A stretch of 64,000 nucleotides of DNA from a virus, in IMG/VR virus record IMGVR_UViG_3300010430_000018, positions 1 through 64,000 of that record. One strand, written 5' to 3'. Made by a program: the position numbers and the translations under genes. The notes under the pieces are model-generated. The model was not told the DNA's origin, searched no databases, and saw nothing but the letters and a program-made list of their open reading frames with translations. Every line of letters begins with the position of its first letter. The first letter of the stretch is position 1. Positions 9,813-21,800 of this stretch are shown here, piece by piece.

Positions 9813-12800
9813 ATGAAAGAGCAAGGGAACACACCTTTACAGACTGCTGTAACTAGCAATCAAAGAGAAACAAGCGTAGTTCCAACTGGACAATTTAATT
9901 TTATACCAGTTGAAGATATGTTTGAAGGACCAGAAACTCAGTTAGCTGAAGTATTAGCTACAGATCCTGGTGCAATTGCAAATGTAGGTGCATATAAAGC
10001 AGATATAGACAAGTATGGTATACCTGCAATGGCAAGTTTAGGTGTAGCTAGACCTTCTTTAGCTACAGGTTTATTTGATCCTGTTAAACAACAGAACCCT
10101 CCTCAAGATACATACAATACAGTAAAGAGTATTTTAAAAGCTGAGTCAGCTGGACCTGCGGCAGATATTGTTGATCCACGTTTTGCTAACATTAGACAAA
10201 GTAATTTTTTAAGGTATTATGAACACCCTGATTTTGCTCAGTTAGGTTTTACTCCTTATGCAGATATGGAATCATATTATAACGCAAACTCTTCAATTTG
10301 GGATGATATGTCTAGAATGAGAGGTGAGTTTGGTAGTTTAGTTGGTTCTGGATTTTCAAGTGTATATAGAAGTATAGGGGATTTATTTGATGATGATAAT
10401 TATTTTAGTGCACCGGATATTGAGTCAGGGATGGAGTTTGAAGATGCTATGGCTGTTGGTAACTCATCAAGAGGTGGTGCATTGGCTTTTACAAATAATT
10501 TACTTTTAAATAGCGGTTATACATTTGGTATAATTGGTTCTATTGCCGTAGAAGAATTAATACTTGCTGGTGCGACATATCTTACTGGTGGTGCTACAAG
10601 TGGGGTTTTGGGAGTAAGATCAGCAATGAATGCCGGAAGACTTGTAAAAAATGCAAAAAACTTTTTTAATATAAAAAACATGCAAGCTTCTACCAGAGCT
10701 TTAATGAATCAATTAAAAAATTATGATGCAGCTAAATCTTTTTGGCAAGCTGCAAAATCTGGAGGAAAAGTAGTAGGTAATATATTAACACCACAAACTT
10801 ATTCTGCACTTAAAAACTTTAAGACTGCTAAAAATGCTACACAAAATGCAAACAATTTGGCTAAAGCAAAAGCTGGATTTGGTGGTTTTTATAGAGATTT
10901 TAGATCAGTAAATTTAGCACTAGCTGAAAGTAAGCTTGAGGGTGGTATGGTTTACAATGAACTTGTAAGAGAAGGTGTAGCTATACAAAAGAAAAAAACA
11001 GGTAATGTTACACCTGAACAAATGGCTCTTATACAAAATCAAGCAGGAGAAGGTGCTTTTTATACTACAATGACAAATGCACCATTAATCTTTTTAAGTA
11101 ATCAAATTGTATTAGGAAATGCAATGGGTGGATTTAATAGATCATTGGGTAAAGTATTTAATGACACATTTAAAAAAGGTTTAAACGGAAGATTGTTTAA
11201 AGGTAAAGGTGTTAAAGATGCTGCCACTGGTAAAATTAAAGATGTATTTGAAGATGCAGGATCTGGTATTAAAGGTTGGTGGACTAAAGTAAAAGCCGGT
11301 GGTGTTAAGGGTAATACTGGAATGGCAATAGCAGCAACAGCAAGATACTTTGCTGCAAACGTAGCAGAGGGTTTACAAGAAATTGGGCAAGAGGCTATTG
11401 CTGTAGGTACTAAAGGTTATTATACTACTGTAATGGAAGATCCATTAGCAGGTGGTGTAGAATTACAGAATGATATGATTCTTTCTGGAATGGGTTCTCA
11501 GTTTAGTGGTCAAGGTGTTGAAACATTTTTGTCAGGATTTTTAATGGGTGGTATTGTACAAGGACCTCAAAAACTGGTGTTTCAAGGAATGCCTGCATTA
11601 TATAATAGAATTAGTGACCCGAAAGCATATAAAGAATACCAAGAGCAAAAAAAGCAATATGTAGCTGATTTAGTTAAAGTACATAATGAAGCATGGAATA
11701 GCACAATTGATGATCCCTCTGGTTTATTTGATCCAACTAAATTAAACTTTTTAGTTCAAAAACAAGTTGCCGCAGCAATGAAGCAAAATGCTTTTGCTCA
11801 AGATAGATTTGGTTTTACAGATGAAAACGACTTTGGTAAATTTCAACAACTTTATACTATTTTTCAAAATGGAACATCTCAGTATTTTAGATCTCAGCTT
11901 ACAGATTTTATGCAAATGAGTGATGAAGAATTAGCTCAAGCATTTCCTAATCAAAAAAGAGATATTAAAAGTGGTAAAGCAAGACAAAGACTTCAAGATT
12001 TAGTTAATAACATAGATAAGTATGAAACTACTTTTGAAAACAACAGAGATAAATTTACAAATCCTTATGATAGATCACAATATGATAAAGGTAGCAGACA
12101 ATATATTTTAGAAGCTATTAAAGAAAAAGCATTTGAACATGCTACATATCTTTATATGTTTACTGAAGACGGATTTAAACGTGCAACAGAAAGAGCTGAT
12201 AGTATTTATACTAACTTAAGTAATGATCCATTATTTGAGAAAATGGCAGCTAATGATATTACAGTATTATTAGACATAGACTCCATTAATAATGAAATTG
12301 GATTGCTATTACAAGATATTGCTGTTCAAGATAAAGATAGCAAAGACGGTAAAAAAGTTATTAAACAGAAAACAGATAAAATTAAAAAACTTCAAGCTGT
12401 TCAAAAAATATTAACTGCTCCAGAAAATTTAACCAAAGATGGCTCTTTTGATAGAAGAAAAATAAACAAACTTACTACAGCATTTCAGGACTATGTTCAA
12501 TTCATGGCACAATCAACTAACTCTTTTGTAGATAGATCCAAAATTCAAGAGGCTCTTAAACAAATGGTTGATTATCATGCATTAAAAGGTAGAGCTAAAG
12601 TTTATGATAAAGCAATTGAGTATTTAAACAACCCAGAAAGACTTAATGAAATTGTTGAAAGACAAATAGAGGTTAATAAAAATATATATAAAAGTCTTAG
12701 TAAAATACATAAGCAACAAATAGAAAAGTATATCAATATAAAAGAAGCTAATACTTTAATGAATAAATTATTTGAAGCTGGTTATGTTGGTGATCCTGAA

Positions 12801-15800
12801 CAAGTAAGGAAATTCTTACTTACAGGAAATGTAAATGAGCTAAAAAACTTTTATGATGAACAAGGTGATATAGATCCTCAATTAGATAAAGTAAAGTATG
12901 ATCAAATTCAAAGATTGCTTGATACATATAGAAAGATGTCAGAAAAAACTGATGACTCAGGAGAAACAACTGAACAAAAGAGTAAAGACATTGAGGTACA
13001 AGAAACAAAAAGTAATCAAGAAGAAATCTTAGAAGAAGCTGATATAGATGTTATTTTACCTGAATCTAATAATACTCCATTATTAAGAGCTTTATTAAAT
13101 AGACAGTACAGAAAGTATGCTGGTACTCAAACTGTTCTTGGTGAAAAAGTTAAAAGCTTTGAGGAGTGGAGAAACGAAGAAGGGTTGAGCTGGCAAAATA
13201 CATTTAATGCATTAAAGAAATTATGGATATCAGGTAAACTTCCAGTATTAGATGCTCAAGGTAATCCTGTATTTGGAGAATTAACTGATGAAGATATTAA
13301 ATCTGAAAAAGGTTTTGAAAATTGGTTAAAAAGCAGAGAGGTATTAGAAAATGATTTAGTAAAAGAAATACTTCAAGCAGCGGGTATACCATTAAATGAA
13401 ATGTATTATACTGAACCAATTGAGTCAGATCCAAGTACAGTTACTCCAGCAGTAGGTAATGAAGATGATGAAATTGATCCTGCTAATCCACCTAAACCAA
13501 GTATTTTTCAATTAGGTGCAACAACAGATGTACTTAAAATAATAACAATAAATCAGCAAGGTCAAGCTGAGGCTTTATATAAATTAATTGATAAGAAAGG
13601 AAATAATGTATCTTCTGAACTATTATCACAAATAGGCGTTACACTTAATGCTTTTAGTGATTCTGGATCTGCTATTGCAGCTATGAGAGAATTAGATAAA
13701 CGTGCACCAGATACTACACCATTTCCTTTTGATGGTCAAATGTTATTTCAAGGTCAATTGGTTTATGATAAAGATGGTAAAGAGTATAGAGTAATCAGCA
13801 CTCCTAAATTTATACAGGGTGGAAACTTACGTTTACTTCCTAATAACTTTGAAGGCAAACCTATTACATTACAAGCAGGGCAGTTTAAAAATTCTTATTC
13901 CATACAAGAATTTAAATTTGACTTATTACCAACAAATGTATCTAGAGTTAATATAACCGATATAAATAAATTGTATCCTCATGCAGATACTGTAAATGGA
14001 CAAAGAGACTATAGTTATGCAGATGATAGGTTAAATATTATATTAGATAACTTAACACAAGAAGAAATTAATAATCTTGAACTTGTTATTACATCAAATA
14101 AAATAGTTAACAACGAATCATCTAAATATATTGTATCAGGTAAAGAAGAAAATCCTTATGTTGATATAAAACAATCTAAGTATAGTATAGGGCTTGCTAT
14201 TCCTGATGGAGACACAAAAACAAAAATTAATAGAATATTAAAAGAAAATAAGATTCCTTTAACAGATAATGAAAATGGTGTATTTGCATATATTCCTAAC
14301 GGTAATGTAACTATGCAAGATGCTCAGCGTAAAACAATAAAATCTTTATCTAACATATCCAGAGAACAAGCGTTAAATACTTTATTTGTTAGTCCTGAGT
14401 TAAGAAATAAATTAGATCCAAAACAAGCTTTAGATTTAGCAAGAAATAATTTTGCTCTGAATGCATTATTGGTTTCATATGCTGATGGTGTAATGAAGAG
14501 TAATGTAGATATAAATATTGTATCATTAAATGATATACCATTTGGATTAGGATTTGTTGCTCAAAAAGGAGGAATGTCTTATGACAATAGTTCAACAAGA
14601 TCTTTAAAAGATTTACGCTATGAACACGCTGATGAAAATGGTAACTATTTTATTTTTGATTTAAAAAGGAAAAAGGGAGGTGCTAGATCAGTAGAATTTA
14701 TTACTTCACTAGAAGGTAGTGAGGGAGTTAAGCTATCTAATAAAATAAAATCTAGACTTGAAAAAGATTTAATGTGGGATGATATTAAGAATGGTACTGA
14801 TAGATATATAGCTATAGTACAATTACCTGATGGATCTTACAGACCTGTTAATTTAAAAGCCCGTACATTTAATAAATCTCAAAGAGATAATTTAGCAGCA
14901 GATCTTGTTAACCGTGCACAAAAAACTAAAAAGGAAAACTTAGATAAAGATGGTAAAGTTAAAGACTTAGCATATAACACTCAATTTAATGAAGAGAATA
15001 TAAGAGGGTCTGTATTCATATCAGCTAAAGAAGGTTATAATATTTCTTTACAAGTTACTCCATGGGGTAAGTTACAACTACAATTATATAATACAGATAT
15101 AGGTAAACAAATAGGAGATACTATTACTATAGATATACCTGCTGGAAATGCAAAAAGTTTTGTATCAGATTCATCTATCAATGGTTATATACAAGCATTA
15201 ATTAATGATTTTAATAATAACGCAGATATAGCAGAATCAGGAAATAAAATATCAAATAAAAACTTTAGACAATCATTTCCAACACAGGTATCTGCTGCTG
15301 ATCTTATAGATGCTACTACTACTAATGTGAGACCAGAAGTAGTATTAAATAATTCAGCTAGAGCAATAGGTGATTCCTCAGCCATTCAAGCTGAAATTGA
15401 TAAGGGTAACATAAAAGAAGATATAATTGAAGTAGTAGAAGAATCTAATTTTACTTCTGAAGAAGCGGAGTTTAGTTTATTAGATTTAAGTGATCCAGCA
15501 TTTGCTGAATTTGCAGCTAAAGATTTTATTACATTACCTTCTGAATACATTAATCATATAGTAAATAAAATTGTTAGAGAGGGTGTGGATAATCTAACAC
15601 CAAGAGAAGTAGAAGTTTATAATATGAGAGCTGCTACTATTAATGTAATGGTTTCTAAAAAAGGTGGCGAAGGTTCACAACCAACACAAGAAGTTAGTAA
15701 GCTTGAAGATATAAAACAAAAACTTGAAACTCTTAAGGCACAGCTGTTAGAAGGTGTACAACCTAAAGAAAGAGGTAAGACTCTTAGAACAAATGAAGAG

Positions 15801-18800
15801 TATCAAAAATTATTAGCTCAAAGAAAAGCAATTGAAAAAGAAGCTAATAAAATTATGTCTTCTTCTGATTTAAGTTTATCAGATGTAGAAGATATAGATA
15901 TCTTTACTGACTGGGCTGCAAGTAACTTACCTAGTTTTATTAATATAGCTGATATAACAACATTAGGAAATAATTTAAAAGCTGGTGGTGTACGTGTTGG
16001 TGCGTTTGTATTAGGATTAAATCATGTAGCTGGTGGACAAAAAGTATCAGGAACTATTTATACTGGTGCAACATCTCCATACAAATATCATGAGGCTTTT
16101 CATGGCGTATTTAGAATGTTACTTAGTAATGAGGAGATAACTAAATATAGAAGTATAGCAAGAAAAGAAGTAAGAGCTAAACTTAGAGCTGAAGGAAAAA
16201 GCTTTGAGAAAGAACTTGAAAAATTTAAAAACTCTGCAGATACATATAGTAACATGACTAGGAAACAACTAGAGAATGAATACTATGAAGAATATTTAGC
16301 AGATGAATTTGAAAAGTTCAAAATAAATCCTAAGAATACAAACACTGATGCAAGTGTTAAATCTTTATTTACTAGAATTATAGAATGGATACAAGGTGTT
16401 TTTAATTCATATTCAAAAAATGAATTACGTACTTTATTTGAAAATATTGACTCAGGTAAATTCAAAGGTGCACAAATAGCTAATAATGAATTTACTACAG
16501 CATTGGATGTAGGAACTACTATAGAGGCTAATGCATTAATACCACATGACTCAATAAGTAAAGATGATACTTTAGGGTTTATTTATTTAGATAGTGATAT
16601 AGCAGATCCTTTAGTAAGAAATATATCAGCTATGTTTTTACAACGTATATCTAAATTAAATGAATCTTATAATCCTAAAGAACAAATGGATTCTATACTA
16701 GATGATTTTGAATTTTTATATAGTATAGATAATCCTATTAATGAAAATAAAACTGATTTACAGAAACAAAAATTAATTGAAATACAATCAGCTTTTGATA
16801 ATTATAGTGATGAGATAAGAAATCAAAGTGTAAAGTATATTAATCAAATAAGTGATAAGGCCAATGAAGAAGAATTTCAAGTAGAAGAGTTTGAAGACTC
16901 TACTGGTTTGAGAACTACATCTGAGTATGATAAAGATGCATCAATGATTGGTGGATTTAGATCTTTATCTAGTCAGCTTAGAGCTTATATAGCAACAACT
17001 TCTGTAGAAGCAACTGATTATTTTGGAAATACTGAATTAACAAACGGTGAGCCAATAATAATAGCTGTTGATTTTGTAGAAGCTTATAATGGTTTACTTA
17101 AAGCTGTTAAAAACTTAACTGATCCTAAACAGATATTACAAAGCATGTATTTCTTTGGACAAGATAATTCAGAAACAGCAGCTGTTGTACGTAGGATCCT
17201 AAATGATGTAGGAATAACTGAACAACAATTGTTAAGTGACAATAGCATTCCGTTAGAAGTTAATTCTCCTTTATTATTTCAGTCAATACTAAAAGGTTTT
17301 GAAAACTTTAGAGTTGACTACTTATTTAATGAAAGGGACAATGCAGGTAACACAATAGTATATTCTGCGTCAGAAAGAGATGATACTAATTCTCAATTAG
17401 ATAGATGGAGTCAAGGATTTATTAGTAAAAGAAAACAACTTTTGTCTAATCCTAATTTGAAAACAGAACTGATAACTTTACTTGCTGAAATTCAAAGTGA
17501 AATAATACCAAACAGCAAAGGTATTAGTAGTACAAAACTTAAGAAAGATACTAAAAAATACTCTGAGCAATTATTTAATCTTTCTGGTATTAAAATTAGT
17601 CCACTTTATCTTCAGTATAGCATGTTATATAACAGATCTAATTTAAACTCTGATCAACGTGTTTTTTTAGATTTAAATAAAAATGAAACGCCATCATTAA
17701 CTCATGATTTAGACGGCAAGCCTTATAAAGAAAGTTCTATAGCTTTAATGAGTCAGTTAATTCAAGACAACAATGATATCTTTGCAGTTGATCAATCTGG
17801 CATGGATTCTAGATTAAAGAAAATGGCAGTTGGTAATGCACCATTTGATGAAACAATTGGAGCATCTGTATTTAAAAATCCTAATGGTGATTTAGTTTAT
17901 GCACACCAACTACCAACATATCATTTAAAAAAGGTAGCACAATTAAATAATGCAGATAGTTTAGAAGAGTTATTAAAATCAGATCCTTATTTGGCAAATA
18001 ACTTTTTATTAAATAATGCAGCTTTTAATCAGCTATCATTAGAATCAAGATTGCAAATAATAAGAGTAGCAGGAAATAAAATAGGTGACCTGTTATCAAC
18101 TGAAGAAGAACTAAATGATTCTTTACAAGGGGTCAAGCAAACTTCAACATATGGTGATTTTACCCCACAAGAGTTTGCTCTGAACTTAATAAATAATTAT
18201 GCAGGCTTATTAAATAGTAAAAGTTATAAAGTATCTAATGTAGAAAGTTTAGATGATGAGGGTAATAAAATTACTACTGGATTAGCACCGGTGCTTATAA
18301 GAGTAATGGAAGCGTCTAATACAGGAGATATGATTAATCTTCCGGTAATTAAGACTGTGGAAATGGTTAATGGAGAAGCTGTTTTAACTGAAGAGGCTGT
18401 AGATATATATATTGATAAAATTAGAACTGAGTTTGCTAGAATAAACAGAGAAGCAAATAATGCAACAAAAACTCAAGAAGATATATTAGGATATACTGAC
18501 GGAAGAGCACTTACATTTTTTAACACTAAGACATTAATGTCTGAAGAACAACAGACTTTTCTTATTAACGCAGCAATTCAAGCAGGTAATGCAGGTAATG
18601 TTATCACACTAGATGATGCTTTAGCAGGAACAGTGACAGTTGCACAACAAACTGGTGAGGTTACCAATGAGGTATCTGGAATGACAGCATTAAGAGAAGG
18701 TGTAGTTGATAGCTTAGAAAGCCGTTTTCAAGTATTTGAACAGTTAATAGATGAATTAAAAATAGAAGACCAAATATCTAATCAAGTAAAATCAGGTCCT

Positions 18801-21800
18801 ATTATAGCAGCTGGTGTAAGTAGAACTGCTCTTGTACAATCTGCTTCATTATTAAATCTTAATGATAACTACAGACATAATCTTAAACAGATATTTTTTA
18901 ATGATGCTATAAATTCATACTCTATAAATGAGATTCTTTTAGGTGATCAAGCTGTTTCTTTAAAAGATTCAGTAGATCAGATTAAAAGAGCTAAAATGCA
19001 AAACGGTGCATACTATAGTGCATACTCAGCTATAACGGCTCCATCTCATGGTGTTATCCATCCTGTAGATGATATAAGTTTAGTTACATTAGAAGAACCG
19101 GAAGACAGTGGAATTGATATTGCCGATGCTCAAATGTATATTACAACAAAAGCATTTAGATATATGTGGTTTGGTTTTGGTAAATTAACAGCAGCTCAAG
19201 CTGAATTGATTAATAGAATTGAGACAGGTCAAACAATAACTTCTGATTCAGTATTTGGAAATGAAGCTACACCTGAAGGTTATGCTAAGATGCAAGCATT
19301 ATTAAATTCCAAAAAGTTTGTTTATGGTGATGGAAGTACATTTCTTAAAATGTCTGCTTTTACTTTAACACCAGAATATACATCTATATGGGATGGAGAT
19401 ATAAAGATGTGGTTGCCAAAACCGGGACTGGAATCACTTCATAATCTAAGGGTAAAGTTAGAAGCTATTGAAAAAGAAAAAGAAACAATTGCAATTGCTG
19501 CTCCATTAAGTGCAGTTAAAATGAAAAAACAACGTGTTAATTCACTTGAAGAACTAGCCGATGGTAATCCATTTACCAAGGGTTATACTACATTAGATGC
19601 TAGATTTATGGGTCTACAACAATTAAATCCATCTAATAAATTAGAGCAAGTTGATCCTACACAAATAAAACAGATATTAACATCTGAACAAAATGATAAT
19701 CAATTTGTTCCAGCATTAAATATGACTGTTGGTGAAATTAGAACAGAATATAATAAAGCTGTATCAGAAAGAGTTACTTTAAGATTTAAAGATAAAAGAA
19801 ATTTAATATTTAGTTTTGATGGTGCAATGGATGAATTAAGCATATCTCAAGCTTCTGGTAAAGTTACACCTAAGCTTGCTGCATTTTTAGAGTTTGCATT
19901 AAGCGGTCTTAAAGCCTCACAATCTAGTAGCCAGATACTTGAATTCTTTTCTATGACTGGTGGAGTACCAAATTATAACTTAAATAATCAAATCACAGTA
20001 AGAAAGTTTGAGCAATTATTTTTAAGCTACTTTAGTAAAGGGGTATTTTCAGAAAGAACACCTGGCTTAGGTCTTACATTAGTATCAGACTTTGGAAATA
20101 AAGTTTATAGGAGAGTATTTGAAATTAAAGATGGAATACCAATTAGATCTGAAATTATAAGAAGAGCTGCTTGGCAAGGAAATGAAAATGATTTACTTAA
20201 TATTGATTCTTTAACACAAGAGAATATAGGTCCAGAAGGCGTTGTTGTATTAGATAGATTAAGACATGGTGTAATGGAATATGATGCTAATGGTGAACCT
20301 ACAGGTCAAAGATATACTGAGATGATGATGCCATCACATCATAAATCTGTAATGGATTTAATTGAAAATACACCTTCAGCAACTATGCCTGAAGTAATAT
20401 CAAAAATGTTTGGTGTAAGAATACCATCTCAAGATAATCACTCAGCAATGAATATTAAATGGGTTGATTTTATGCCTGTGTATTTTGGTTCATCAGCAAT
20501 GTTTGCTAGAGAATTAATTGAGGTATCTGGTGCAGATTTTGATATTGATAAAGTCTTTGCACAGTTTAAAGACTTCTATGTAAAAGATGGAGAATTTTTT
20601 GAGTATGGTAATAAAAATACAGTTGAAGAAAATTATTCAGATTATATTAGATATGTAAATACTAATGTAAGTAAGTCTGGAACAATATACTCTGAAGCTT
20701 ATTTAACTTATGATGAAAATTTAGATGCAGCTAAAATTGAAAATAGCCTTTCAGAATCTGAAGAAAAAGCATACTATCAATTTCTAACAAAACAAAATAT
20801 TGTTACAGATGCAGGATTAAAAGAAGCAGGTGTAAAGGCATTACAAATGCTTGGTTTACCTATTACCAAAGCACAATACGGTGAGTATGTTGCTAAATTT
20901 GGTGAACCATATGCTGCTCCATTAAATAACAAAATTTTAGATTATAAATATGCATTACTTGGAAATGATAGTGTAGCATCTGGAGAAAATCCTATTTCTT
21001 ATTCACCTGCTACATTAGATATACTTGAAACTACATTATCATTATTAGCTGAAGAATCAAAATTATTTGAGAATAGAATGTTAGAGGAAAATAATGATGT
21101 AGATGATTTGGTTGGTAAGATACTTGCTTTCAAAGCAAATAAAGGAGCTTCAATTGGAGCTGCTGTATTACCTAATTTATATCTGAGTTTGTTAACTGAA
21201 TATGATATTGATTTAAAAAGCCCAATTAGCATAGATGGTGTTACTTACGACTCATTTAAATATACTATAGAAAAAAAGAATGAGGGTAATCAAAGAAAAC
21301 AAGATACAATATCCTCTCTTATTACTATGGCTACAGATAATGCTAAAGAGCGTTTGTTTTCTAAGCTGGGTTTAAATAGACATGCATTAGGTTTGGTATC
21401 AATGATGACTTCATTAAGTGTACCTATTAGAACATCTATATTATTAATAAACAATCCCGTTATACAAGATTTGTATTCTCAAGCATTAAACAAAAAAGAT
21501 AAGTTTGATCCGGGCATTGAAAAATTAGTAGAAAACAAAATAAAGGAATTAGTTGAAGATGGATCTAAATCAACATTAAAAGTTAACGATGAATTATTAC
21601 TAAATGCCATTAATGAACCAGAGGGGGTAAGTGATCAAGATACTGTAAGTATACTGTCAAAGTTTAAAGAGTTTATGGATCTTGAAACTTTTACAAATAA
21701 AATGAGTGCACCCACAAGTCTTACTAAAGGTCTAGGTAAAGATATTGCAACTGTATTAGATAAGAAAAAAGATATACAAACTTTGCTTGATCCCAAAGCT